DNA of 64,000 nucleotides from Callorhinchus milii (lineage: Eukaryota): contig NW_024704742.1 in NCBI RefSeq assembly GCF_018977255.1, positions 109,680,001 to 109,744,000 of the forward strand. The letters run 5' to 3'. Made by a program: the position numbers and the translations under genes. Each line of letters opens with the position of its first letter. Position 1 is the first letter of the stretch. The notes below the pieces were generated by a model. It saw only the letters and a program-made list of their open reading frames with translations, did not search any database and was not told the DNA's origin. This document shows positions 50,201-63,360 of this stretch, piece after piece.

Positions 50201-50498
50201 TGCGGCATTCCATCTAGTGACCTGTTTGAGAACTGACAAAACATGACTGGTGTAACGCATTGCTTTACCAAAGTGCTCCACAGTTTGGTAAGATTCTGGT
50301 TCTCACTCATAGTTCCTTATCAGGTAGTTCCCAATTACAGAGTAAAGACTAGAAATACAGCGAGAGAAATACATCAGGGTTGCCCTTGTTCTAGTTCTAC
50401 GACCAACTACAGAAACACATGACTGGATACTGATTTCCTATCTACCCTCTCAGTTGGAGAATTGCACTCAGCAAGGTGAACCTAAAAGGAGGAAGTAA

Positions 50499-50680
50499 AA
50501 TAATAATAATAATCCTTGCATTTCATACAGCGCTTTTCACGTCTTCTAGACGTCTCAAAGTGCTTCACAGAATATACTGTAAAGTGAATTGACTGTATAT
50601 TTGTGGGTGAAACGCGGCAGCCAATTGCACACAGCAGTGTTCCATAAACAATCGTGGATTGAAGTGACCAATTTATTATT
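50499..50680 (-). mobile_element. tRNA-SINE 3' fragment
   Basis: (TTA)n tail through gtgaccaattt; a shorter tail copy follows at ~51003-51097. Confidence 0.88.
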
Positions 50681-51761
50681 TAGATAAATATTATTTAATA
50701 AGATTATTTAGATAAAAATAGATGAGAATTCCGCCAAATGAGTCTGACTGATTTAACTGAATGTGCCCTGGGTTGCCCAAAAAGAAATGATCTGGTGAAA
50801 GATAAAGGTACTTTCCAGCTTCCATGAGCAAACTGTCTTTTTCTGCTATCTTCTTAGCAGGTTCTTTTGCTTTCTGTGACGAAGCCTTCAAGATGGTTAC
50901 CAGGAAACATATGGGATAATGCTTCAAAAGTGTTGGCTTATGCACGTTAGTTCAACTTTACTTGCTCATCAATGTTGTTTTTAATAAGAGTATAAGAAAC
51001 TCAATAATCCTTGCATTTGATAAAGCGCTTTTCACGTCTTCTAGATGTCTCAAAGCCCTTCACAGAATATGCTGTAAGGTGAATTGACTGTATATTCAAT
51101 TAGTTTACATATTATTGCCAAGAACTGAAGCAGTATGATCTGAGCTAGATAGTCAAGCATGTGCGAGGCAATGCAGTACAACAGTCCATTTTAAAAATTA
51201 TATTTCTTTTAAATTAATTTTCTATTCACACAGGCACACAAACTGTAAAGATTTTTTTTCCAATTGCTCCATTCCCCCTCCCCCTTCTTCCTCCAACTCC
51301 ACCACTGTACAGTGCTCCAAGATGCTATCCTGTGTGAAGGGTGCAATATAATTGCAAGTTGTTATTTCATAACTTAGACATGTCATTCTTTCTTATTCTT
51401 TCAATGTCCAATAACAAATGGCTAGATTGAGAAAACTTTCTGATTATTGAAAGTTAGGATTATGATTTTGTTGTAAATCATGTAATATTCATTGGCCTAC
51501 AGTGGTTAACAGGATTAAAAATAGAATATAGAATATTTCATAATTTGTAGGTGAATTATTACATTAATTTTGTTATGAAACATTATGTATTGAAAATTCC
51601 TTTCTGGATTCAATTGTCAGCAATACTTTTGCCACTCCACACTGACAAAAAATTCTTAAAATTTAGAAATTTAATTTCATTCGGTTAATCATTTAGGAGG
51701 TATTTGGGATTTTTTTGTCCATTTAAACAAATACGTGTAAAGTTTTTACAATTGCTTTCAG

Positions 51762-52056
51762 ACAAAACCTTAAGCAAGTTCTTTACCCCTCATGCCTCTG
51801 TTTACCTAGCAGAAAGTAGGAACTCGGGTGTTAGTCGTTTGGCAGATCGCTTTCCGTGGGTAATAATCTCTCCAAAAGAAATAATAAAAATTTGGTCACT
51901 CAGTCCATGATTGTTTGTGGGACACTGGTGTGCGTAATTGGTTGCCATGTTTTTCCTACAAAATATATAGTCAATTAACTTCACAGTGAAGTGTTTTGAG
52001 ACATCTCGAAGATACGATGAGGCACTATATCAAATGTTAGGATTATTATTATTATT
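51762..52056 (+). mobile_element. tRNA-SINE long form lacking head
   Basis: gcaagttctttacccctcatgcctctgtttacctagcag through tail. Confidence 0.88.
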
Positions 52057-53104
52057 TTGCTATTGCATTCGATTTTGGTATTCTGGTTTCAGTGCTTGGC
52101 TTGTTCATTTTCATTTTAGGTCTTTTAGTCAAAACGTGTTGATTTGTTTTCATTGCTTCAAACAAAGCCGCTCTTTAGCATCCTTGATGTCAATTAATTT
52201 TAATGCTAGGATGGTACAGTATTAGTTTTCATATCCTGTCACTCGGATCTTTCTGTATTGGTCATCTCACCAATAGTTTTTCCACATTTCCATGTTTTTC
52301 CACATTGCATAACATATTCCACAGCATAGACTCTGCCAAATTCCCCAAGAGTGCTCATCACAGATGCTTAATGCAAGACAGTAAAGAAAGAATGGTGCCG
52401 CTTGATCCTCCACTACCAGAGAGACCTCCTAGTCCAATTAGTATTCAAAGCACAAAAGCTCCAAAAAAGTCAAAGAATTGAATGCAAGCTGTGGGACCAA
52501 GGCATTCAAGCATACTGGCCTAAATTAAACATTGACTTTGTGGTTCATACAGTAGTTGACAGGGCTCTCTGAGAGGATACAATCTCTTCTAGCTCAAGTA
52601 AAGTTGCTTTAGCCCAATTTGACAATAAACCAAATTTCCTTGTCAAATCAAAAGCAACATTGGCATCCAGCAGATCAAAACACTCTGCATTGGTTCACCC
52701 TCAACAATATTTAATCAATCAGAAGGTCACAACAAACACTTCAGGAAGCACCTTTTTTCCTGGCTCTGTACAGTTCAGAGATTTTCCTTCCCTCTTCTCC
52801 TGCAGTACATCATGTCAACTAAAACAGAACCATATCATCAACATCAACTTGAATTTACATAGTACCTTTCACGCGGTGTAGCGTCTTGAAGTGCTTAAAT
52901 GTGGCAGAGCTTGATATAAAGCAGGGGAGAGAGGAGAGGTGACCATAGGCATAGTCAAAGAGGAAGGTCTTGAGGTAGATCAGTACGGATTACAAATATT
53001 TTGAATGGAACTCCAGCTAAGAATCATCCCTCAATGCCAGGAGTAATTGCACAAAAATTATCACAAACATGTGTCAAGAAAACATATTTGAATAATGTGT
53101 CATC

Positions 53105-53475
53105 CTGGCTCAGTTGGTAACCCCGAACAACAGGTTATATTTAATGCTATTCGTGTAGGAAACACTGAATTTATGTAGCGTCTTTCATGTAGGATACACT
53201 GAATTGTCTTTAGATGAGACGTTAAATCAAGGTCTTGTCTGTCTGCTCGGTGGATGCTAAAGACCCCAAGGCACTATTCAAAAAAGAGAAGGGAGTTATC
53301 TCAGTGTCCTGTCTAACAGTCTCCCAGATAAAAAAGAAATTGGTCAATCAGTAAATTATGGATGTTTGTGGGGCATTGCTGTGCAAACATTTGCTGCTGT
53401 GTTTACCTATAAGTACACAATCACTTTACAATAACTGAGATATTTGACAAGATAATGTACTGTATCAAATGGAAG
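53105..53475 (+). mobile_element. Deu-type SINE, rearranged
   Basis: ggctcagttggtaa head; gtctttagatgagacgttaaatcaagg...ggcactattcaaaaaagag. Confidence 0.72.
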
Positions 53476-53849
53476 GAAAAAAACACAGGATCTGATAATT
53501 TACACTTTGTCACAACAAATTAACTGTTGTGGTGGGCTGATAACTTTCTTAAGATTGTCAAGAGAGTTCTCCCAACTAGCACATTTGAGCAGTTGAGATA
53601 CAGTAGCTTCTTCCATCTCAAAACCTTAGAAAAGTTCTCTCATCAGGCAAACTCTTATTATTTTAGTGAGTCTGATATTACAATTGATCTCTAATCCAAT
53701 CTGGATTGAAGGGAATTGGGTAATTTCAACTACAAGAAGTACAAGCTAATAACTACTGTACAGCACTGTGCATGAGTACACATGTTGGTACCAACTGCAG
53801 ATCTACAAAGTGTGTTATTTTACATGGGGTTAAACTTGAAAGTACCAAG

Positions 53850-54100
53850 TTGGAACCCGGTTGTTAGTCGATTGGTGGATCGCTTTTCCAGTCCTAATAA
53901 TTCCTTCAAAGAAATAAAAATAATAATTCAGTCACTCGATCCACAACTGTTTGTGGGGACACTGCTGTGCGCAATTGGCTGGCGGGTTTTGCCCACAAAG
54001 TATACAGTCAATTCACTTTACAGTATATTCTGTGAAGCGCTATGAGACGTTTCAAAGACGTGATAAGGCGCAATGTCCAATGCAAGGAATATTATTATTT
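53850..54100 (+). mobile_element. tRNA-SINE long form, 5'-truncated
   Basis: ggaacccggttgttagtcgattgg through tail. Confidence 0.87.
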
Positions 54101-55174
54101 CCCTTATTCAGATGATTGACACAGCTAAACTGCCTCTCAAAACTCAGTAACAACTGCAGTGCACTCCACTGTAATGGAAGGAAATAAGGTACAATCATGG
54201 AATGTGGTTGTTAACAGCATTAGCAGCACTAGCACAAGTTTCCACTAGTTATATTTCAGTAAAACCTAACCTTGTTGCAAAGCTATTGGGAAAAGACAGG
54301 GCAGAAAACTGATCCCTCACCTAAAGTTTTTGAGATAATTTATCTTAAGGAAATGGTATTGAACAGATAAGTAAAAGCAACTATGTCAATGTGTATGAAA
54401 GTAATAGTTAGCGAGTTTCCCAGAGGCATTTGAGATGACATAGAACAAGAGAACATAGAACAAAAATTCCCAAGTCTGTTCCAATATTGAAAAAATAGCA
54501 TTGTAGAGTTACAGTTTGTTCCTTGAACCTCTTTTTAAACAAATATTTTTTTCCTGAATATTTTCTATAATACTGAATGAAACAACAATGAAAAGATCAT
54601 CCATCCTTAAGCAATGAACTGATCAGGTAACTGAGCTTGAGTCTGGAAATATTAACATTACAGTGTTTCACAAATTGCATAAATTTGGTTACATTGAATG
54701 AGATTGCATTAAAGAGTTCATTTTAAGGAGGAATTTTTTTAATAAAAAGTGATCGTAATGGGATTCTGCGTAAGTTAATTGATTTTAAAACTGCCTCAAG
54801 AAAGGAATATTTTTAACTTTTAATTTTATTTCGACATAATTTTATTTCTGCAATGCTATATATTTCTCTCTAGATTCCTTACTAATATCTAATACCAACA
54901 GAGTTCCACAATGCAGAGAGTAATGCAGTTTGGCAAGCAATGTGCTGCAACTAATAGAACTATACAGTACTCAAGCAACAAGACCCATGTTTCTGCATGA
55001 CAAGAATTATTTTTTATCACTTTCCCTCTCCCTCCCCAAAATAGTGCTCAGCTACCATGAAATGATCCAGAATTGTTGTAGGTTAAGCAATGAGTTCAAC
55101 GTGCTCTGAATATCAGACTAAGATTCAGATATCCATTGGAGCTTCATCGCAGACTTAATCATAGGTGGGACCTT

Positions 55175-55419
55175 ACCTTGGGCAAGTTTCCTTACTCCAC
55201 ACAGAGCCTAATAATAATCCCTCCAAAAACAAAAACAATAATAAATTGGTCATTTTCAATCCACGGATGTTTGTGGGACATTGCTGTGCGCAATTGGCTG
55301 CCGCGTTCGCCCACAAATATACAGTCAATTCACTTTACAGTGTGTTCTGTGAAGCGCTTTGGGACGTCCTCCTGACGTGAAAATCGCTATATCAAATGCA
55401 AGGATTATTATTATTATTA
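55175..55419 (+). mobile_element. tRNA-SINE short form lacking head
   Basis: accttgggcaagtttccttactccacac through gggacgtcctcctgacgtg tail. Confidence 0.9.
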
Positions 55420-56539
55420 CTCCACTGCTTTGATAGAGTGGGAGGACAGGGAAATGGGAAGAAAACAGGTCAAGTGCTTTCAAAATTAAGTTACCAATCT
55501 TCCCTTCTTTCTTCTGATAAGCAATAAATCTACACAACTACATGCCCTTTCTGATATGAAGCAGTTGTCATTTTGTCAGTTGCCGATGCATTTCTCTTAT
55601 CGGTATATCCGATCCACCCATATTTCCCTGAGTGATAAGCAATATGCGACTACAGATCACTCAACAAATTAGATGTTTGACATCCATTCTTTTGGACAAC
55701 GATTTTATTACCTCAAGTCAAATGAAGATCAGATGATTATCTTTTTAACTACTACTTCGTTCTCTACCAAGCATTTTGTTATTTGCCTATGTTTCATTGG
55801 TCTTTTGTATCTCAATACCTGGAGTTAGAGTCTGTGAGAATGATTGTTGTGTTAGTCATGTACAGTTGGCCAGCTACTGCTTGTACAATGTCAATCACAA
55901 ACGTCTTGATTTCACACCAAGCGTAACTGACAAGAGTGAATTGATCACCTGAAGCACAAATGTGCTTCAAAACACATTTATAAAATTCACATACCGTAGA
56001 TGGTGTGTATAGAATTTCAGTTTGTTGAATCCAGATCACAAACGCTTTATGCTGATACAATTTGAAGTAAAGCCAAAATAATATTTTCAAATATGACAAG
56101 GAGACAGTATAGAGAAGCACAGGTTCATGGTAGGCGAAATGCAATTTCAGAAGGGATAGCAACAACCAAAATTTATACTTCTATAGTGACTTCTTTCCCG
56201 CTTCCTGAGGTTCGAGGGAGCCAAAGATTGGGGGGAAGATATTTTAAGTACTGTATAGTCAAAAGAGATAGATATTCAGGCAGGATTTGAAAACTGAAAG
56301 GGAAGTGGCATTGCAGAGAAATTCTTGGAGAGAGTGCCAGAGGGAGGGGGCAAGGTGGCTAAAGGCTTATCTGGCAATGGTAGGATAAAAGAGGTAAGGG
56401 GAATGAAGCTGGTTACAGTTGGTAGAACAGAGAGAGTAGCTGGAAGAATAGGGTCACAAGAGACCGCAAGGGTGGGTGGAGGGGGATAATGAGGGGAGCG
56501 GAAAGGTGTCCAAAAGCCCAGTCAAAGAACCAAGTGAAG

Positions 56540-56690
56540 TAGTGTTATGCGCAATTGGCTGCCGTGTTTCACCCACGAATATATACAGTCAATTCACTTT
56601 ACATTCACTATTCTATGAAGAGCTTTGAGACATCTAGAAGGCGTGAGACGCGCTATATCAAATGCAAGGATTATCATTATTATTATTATA
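56540..56690 (+). mobile_element. tRNA-SINE 3' fragment
   Basis: gcgcaattggctgccg...tatatcaaatgcaaggattat. Confidence 0.85.
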
Positions 56691-56927
56691 GTGGCAGAAC
56701 CATGTAATATTGCAGAAATGAGGGAAAGCAGAGCTAGTGAAAGCATCAAAAAAAATCACTGGAGCTTGTAAGATTTAAACTAAATATCCTCCACTTTGTA
56801 TCCTTCCAAACTGCTGATCTGAAGGAATGGCAGTGTGCCCTGGCTGTCCTCCTTTCTGAGACAGCAGTGTGCTAAAATAGGCCCAAAGTACTTTTTTGTA
56901 AAACTTCCCTTTCCTCTGTTTCATTGT

Positions 56928-57300
56928 GTGGAGTCCTGTAGCTTAGTGGTTAGAGCACTCACCTCGCAAGCGAAAGACTTGGGTTCTATTCCCAGCAGGG
57001 CGAAATGTTGGGCAAGTTTCCTTACGCCACACACCTCTGTTTACCTAGCAGTATGTAGGAACCCGATTGTTAGTCGATCGGCGGATCACTTTTCCGGAGA
57101 TAATGACCCCTGAAAAAAAAATACAAATTTGGTTACTCAATCCACAACTGTTTGTGGGACACTGCTGTGCGCATTTGGCTGCCGCATTTTGCCCACAAAT
57201 ATACTATAGTCAATTCACTTTATAGTATATTCTGTGAAGCGCTTTGAGACGTCTAGAAGATGTGAAAAGCACAATATCAAATGCAAGGATTATTATTATT
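56928..57300 (+). mobile_element. Young tRNA-SINE, long form, full length
   Basis: Head, CORE-like block, internal segment and tail all present. Confidence 0.93.
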
Positions 57301-59899
57301 GTCTCTACTCAGTGCTGCAATGAATTTCTTTACCGAGTTCGGCAAGCCACACCTGGGGAAAACAGAAACTAATTGTCATATAAAGCTGGGATTCAAACCA
57401 AGGATTCTCAGTTTGTGGCACAGCATTAGTAATGCTTTACCTTTTCGGCCACCTGCTTTCACTACAAATTTAATAAAATATGTATATATAATCTACAATT
57501 TACAATTCTAAAACATACTTTATGCACCTTTCTATAAAATATTTTGATTAAAATATATTAATAAGTGACACAAACAAATAACTTATAATACATTAAAAAC
57601 ATTAAAAAAAGGTCTCTTGTTTATTAGTTCACATGTTAATTATAATTAGAGCCATTTGTGTATTTCATTGGTGAGGTAATTACAATTTAATATATGAATT
57701 AATTAAAAACTACTTAACTGTGAAAAGATCTGCACCACTGCTCTTCCAAACCAATTGCTTATTTTTAGCACTACATCAATGACAGCAAAAATAGTTACAT
57801 ATTTTTGGAAGCTACATTTTGTATTTGAAAGCTTGAAAAAGTAAATGAGACTTGGTGCAGCATTTTTGTATTATTGCCATGAACTTGGTTTTAAGCACTC
57901 TGGAATGCTGTCCTGCATGAGGGGCACTATATAAATAAATGCAAGTTGTTGTTGTTGAATCTCACCTTTGTGTAAATATCAAAATTTAAGACATCAAAAC
58001 AGCCATTACAGCTTGTGAAATTTAAATTAAATTTCCCCCACTTGGTAGCTTGTTCCGGAGTGCTGCTGATCTGATCTGAGGCTGTGGCTGAAAGCCTGTG
58101 GCAGACAATAGCTGTCCTCATTTCTAAGATGGTACATAAGCTGAAATAAGGCCCCAAAAAACTCCTTTTTTATATAATATATATATTATAATAACTTCAC
58201 TCTTGTATAGTATGGGCCTTATTAAACATTAGAAAGGCCTCTTGTTGATTTGTTCATGTTAATTAGAGATGCAGCAATTTGTGTATTTCAATGGTGAGGT
58301 AATTACTAATGGTAAGAATCCCGTCCCCCAGCGACTTGTTGACTTTCATTGATGATACAAGCAGGCTGGTCACTCAGCAACAGTGCCCTGACCGAGTACT
58401 GCAGACCTGCTGGATAATGTATATTCCATCATCAGGTCCACCAGAGAATGACTCAGCTTTATTCTCCCAGAGGGGAGTAACAAGTTGATAATGAGATAGT
58501 GAACCAATTTGGGTTTGAGCTCTGGCAATATATATTTCCAGTACTGTAATACTATAGTTTAAATCACATTCTATCAGCTGGTCAAAATAAGCCTACAAAT
58601 AATATTGTGATAAAATATCATCAAAATATGTAGTGGTATATAATAGGTTGCTTCCAGTTCAATTAGATCCTGTCTAACTACATTACTATTTTCATATTTG
58701 TACAGTATTTCTAGTTGTACTATATGTTGTTATTTGTTCTCCTTGAGAGTGTTGTGTTCTAAAGATGGTTATAGCCACATATTTCTGTACAACTGTCATT
58801 GATTTAGCAGTAGTTAGGGGATGTTGGTTTCTGTTTATTCTTTCTTTACTTGAGGTGGTACTCCTAGGCTTTATGAAGGGTTTTATCTAAATGCTCACAA
58901 AATATAACCAGTTGAGGCATAGTGAATCAGGTATGCACTGCGGTCCTGAACATATGAGTCAACATATTCTATCAGTTACTGTCATTCAGTGAGAACATTT
59001 ATTGGGGAAGAACATTTCCTTGAATAATGAGCAGTCTTTGCTATAAAGCACACTGAAACACAATGAGACTTTTGTTAAGATGGCATGACAGATTTTATCA
59101 ATGTGCTATGCCAAACATTGATAGAGCATAAAACCATGGTTACAATTTACCACCTCATTTGAAAATATGGGCTGAATTTTTAGGTGGAGGTGCGAAGTAG
59201 AATCGGGGCATCCACTTATTGGCACAGAATGAAATTAAATGACCTCCAGCAATTCTGGCATAGCCCCTAGAAATTTATAACACAGAAAAAGATTATTTGC
59301 CCACTGTGTCTTGTGTATAGCTCCTAACAGTGAATAATGCAATATCAAAAGCTGGAATTGGAAATAAAAACTGGAACTTGATTGCAGTTTGAAAAATTCT
59401 CTCAAAGAGAAAGATTCATTAGAATGCAGTTACATAGGTAAGAGTTTTCCAGACAACTGACTGAGCTGAGATGAGGTGGGGGGAAGAAACACCAGGCCAG
59501 TCCAAGTTTGTATTCCTCAATGAAATGATCATTAAGCAGGAAAGCTGCATGTGCAGTGTCAGTTCAGTGGTAAAAAAAAATCCAATTTATTATTTATTCA
59601 GTATCTGTTTATGCTGACCTGCAGCAGGAAAATTAGCAAAGAATAATAAATTAGATAACAATGGATACTTGGATATTGGTATAAACCAGTGCTGTAATCT
59701 AATTGATTACACAATTTCTCACTTCACTGTGCCCAAATGGATGTTATGCTTGCATACAAAAATATTCACTACACTTGCCCATGAAGTACTTTGAGATTTT
59801 TTGACATGATTAGGTACTTTAAATATTTCTTTTTTGTATTTGGTCTTTTTTGATGTCTGTGTGTCGCTTATTGCTGAGAACCTGTGTGCTCTGTTGTGT

Positions 59900-60100
59900 C
59901 GGTGATGCCCATATGGAAGGATTAATGGTTCACCTCTGGGACCTGGATGTAAATCTAGCCCAGATGATGGTGTGAAATCCTCTTCTCTCTGTTCCCTTTG
60001 ATAGCTGCAATCGAACTTAAAGTGCAAGTGGGTGCATGGTCACAGTAAAATGTGACAATAATTTGGCACAAAAATTGGCAATGTCAGCCATATAACTTGG
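59900..60100 (+). mobile_element. LF-SINE-like element, degenerate
   Basis: ttcacctctgggacctggatgtaaatctagcccag and aatttggcacaaaaattggca resemble my recollection of the LF-SINE consensus blocks TTCACCTCTAGG...AATCCAGCCCAG and AATTGGCACTAATTGGCA. Confidence 0.5.
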
Positions 60101-61329
60101 ATTAATTGTCTGTGAAAACAGTTCCTCATCTGAGACTGGGAGCTTTGCATAGCACTTCACCTGTGTTATATCTGATGCAGAAGTGTCTTGACACTGACAC
60201 TTGGCGACCAAAGTGATTAAGTGCTCTGTTCCCAGTATTAACATGCTTTCATCCAAAAGTATAAACAATAAAACAGGTGTGCATGTTTGTTCTATGAAAT
60301 TCCCAGAAGATATTGCAGTTAACTTAATGAAAATTGATCTAATAGTGCAACTGTCTGTAACCAGTTATTAAAATAATAAGTTATTTTGCTTAAGTTTAAC
60401 TGAAAGAACTACTATTAAATGTGGTGTGAACATTTGCTTGGTTATATCTTGCAGATGGGAAATGAAAGCTGACACTCCTCTTGAAGAAAAAGAAAAACAT
60501 ATGATTGAGCACCTACAAACACTATATTTGAACAGCAACAAAGGACAGTGAAAACCCTACCACCATGTTACATGGAAATATTTCAACAGTTTTAGAGACC
60601 ACTCCATTTATTGTTTTTTAGTTAAAATTCAAAAGTTATATAAAATATCTGAAGCAATAGATGAATGTGAATAGGTAAATATTCATAAATAGATCTCATG
60701 TTTCTTCTATTCTTACCCTGTGTAAGCCACAGTCTAACACTTCAGTGAAAATTTTAATATCTTGTAAGTAGTCTGATTTATGAAACTGTATTTACATGAC
60801 ATTTTTAAAGGAGTCATGGATGACTTATTAAATATTAAAGACTCAATACTATGCTGTGGTGTGATATTGTTTTCAATGACACATGCTCATTATAGTATCA
60901 ACATTGTGCCACACTTATTTTAAAATGTGTATAAATAATTAATTGTTTTATGTATTAAATTTATTTGACTGTACAGGCATGCATTTAAACAAATTGCATG
61001 CTTTTTTTAAAAAAAATGAGGATCTGTTATATCCTATCTTTACAGAGAGTGTTTGAAGAATTACTTTATTTTTCTCAGTTTTAATAAAGTTCCTCCTGAG
61101 AACTTCTAACCCAACCGATCCTGGCTTCATCTTGATCAGCCGCAGAACGAGAAATTGTACAGAGCGTCTCACATTTACCCAACAGACTGTGAAATGCAAT
61201 CAGACTGCAGATGGGCAAGAATACTCTTTTGATCTCATTCTTTCAGAATACCAACTGTACTGTTGGTATCCCCATTACAGTATCAAGCTTTTTCTTACAA
61301 TATTACAATGTCCTGGTCCCAACCATTCT

Positions 61330-61640
61330 TCCTGGTAGCCTGTTTTAGCTGTTGATTACCTTCTATATAAAGATAACCTTCCTGAAGTCTTTCCTAAAAT
61401 TTCCCAAGACAACCTTGAATTTGCTCTCATTTCCTGATGTCTGTCCTGTAATATCTGACAGTATTTTTCTAGCTTTCTCTTGTTGCTTTGTTTATCTAGT
61501 TGTTCCTCATTGCTCATCTTAACAAGATTGGATCTCAGCCTTGTTGCTGTCCTCTGCACTACCTCAAGTGGCCTGGGCAGCCCTCAATGACCAGAATACT
61601 TTGGAGTGCTCCAAATGAAACCTGACCAGGATACTATCCG
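61330..61640 (-). mobile_element. CR1 LINE 3' fragment
   Basis: Minus translation LEVVQRTATRLRSNLVKMSNEEQL resembles CR1 LERVQRRATK...LSYEERL. Confidence 0.7.
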
Positions 61641-62144
61641 TAAGAAGTGAAACTGAGAACTACCAATGAATCTCACTGTCTTAAGATGAAACTTTGGATG
61701 CAATCCCCCCTACCTCATGTGCCGCGCAAATTTTCAGTCAATGGTATTTTGAGACTTTCCCAGAGTGAAAGGTGCTATATAAATGTCAATTGTTTAATTG
61801 AAGGCCTACCATTTGTTCAGGAAGGGCAGCCTACACTAATTTCTTGTATGGAGCAGCTATGACTGTACACCTGTCTTAAAACCTTTTTGATTGCTTCCAT
61901 AATGGATTTTTATATTTCAGAATATAAGTTTCTCGCATTATTTTCATGTTACTTAATTACACATACAGCAGTACAGCTATGCCATAAAATTAACTGGTGA
62001 GGACAGAAGTTCCCAGTTTCCAACAGATATTTCCAAAATTAATTGGCAGGTGGATCCAATTCAAGAATCCACGTTCCATTTCTCAAATACTTATGTGACC
62101 TGCACGGGATGACTATAAATGAAACTGTTGCTAATAGGGCAATT

Positions 62145-62965
62145 AATACAACAATTTGCATTTATATGGCGCCCTTCACGCTGGGTAGAGTCCCAGAGCG
62201 ATTAACAGTGACGGAGTCTGACTCCAAGCCGGGGGAGAGGGAGGGAGGAGGTGACCGTAAGTACGATCAAAAAGAAGGGCTTTAGGGCGGGATTTGAAAG
62301 TGGGGAGGGAAGGAACAAAGCGGAGGGATTGGGGGAAACAGTTCCATAGCTACGGGGTGTAGTGACTGAAAGTAAGGGCTCCTATGGTAGAGCGGAGGGG
62401 TCGAGGGATGAACAAGAGGCCAGAGCCGGCCGAGCAGAGGCAGCAGGTGGTGGAGTGGGGGCTGAGCAAGTCGGAAAGGTAGGGAAGTGCGAGGACATGA
62501 AGGGATTTGAAAACGAGAGAGAGCATCTTGAAGTCGATCTGTTTGAAAATTGTGAGCCAGTGCAGCTTGGCAAGGACTGGTGAGATGGGGGTCCGGAGTT
62601 TTGTGTGGGGTAGTATCCTAACATTTGAAAAGTCAAGTTGGGAAGCGAGAAAGGTGTGAAAGGGTTTCAGCTGCTGTGGTTGTGATGAACAGATGGAGGC
62701 GGGCAATGTGGCGGAAGTTGAAAAAAGGGTCCTGGCCCGGGAACACATGTGGGGGAGAAAGGAAAGCTGTGGATCAAACCTGACGCCTAAATGCACAAGG
62801 GTTTGGTAAGTCTGAGGGAGATCCCGGGGAGGTTGAGGAGTTCGGACCCGCAGGAAAGAAGACGTTGACGGGAGCCAAAGAGTATGACAACAACAACAAG
62901 AAAATTACATTTGTACAGCGCCAACATTCAGCTGCAGGAAAATAGCACTAATCCAGGCCTTGATG
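62145..62965 (-). mobile_element. L2 LINE 3' fragment
   Basis: ORF 62350-62796 LGVRFDPQLSF...LHWLTIFKQIDFKML; tail at ~62150. Confidence 0.9.
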
Positions 62966-63157
62966 TCCCTAATCTGACCAAGCAACAAAATACTGTACTG
63001 TATTTCCTACCACTGAGGCTCTTTCACCATGAATGCTGAAGAGAAATGGGATGGGTAGCAACTTTCAGTAGGCAAACAGGGAAGCAATTGCTCAAGTTTG
63101 CCAAATAAGCAAAATACATGAGCATCAGAATTCTGGATAGCCACACAAAGTAGATTA

Positions 63158-63193
63158 TATTATTATTATTATCATTATTATTATTATTATTAT
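63158..63193. repeat. (TAT)n microsatellite
   Basis: Direct reading. Confidence 0.85.
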
Positions 63194-63360
63194 CAGTGTT
63201 GTGAACCTCTTAACCTTGCTGGATGACTTAAGCCTCTTTAGTCTTTAATTCCCAAAGGACCCTACACTATTTAAATAACATTATTCAGTGTTTTATACGG
63301 ATGGGAAAGAGGCGTCACACGCCATTGTGTGAAGAGTTGACTTCAATAGCATACAACAAA

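Noticed and set aside
52203..52481. Proline-rich ORF (PLDPPLPERPPSP) as an exon
   Set aside because: No convincing splice sites or recognisable homology; low-complexity peptide
55819..55948. 130-nt minus-strand exon (GDQFTLVSY...TDSNS)
   Set aside because: Weak pyrimidine tract and donor, and no recognised protein family
58169..58192. Perfect 24-bp palindrome
   Set aside because: AT-only low-complexity sequence
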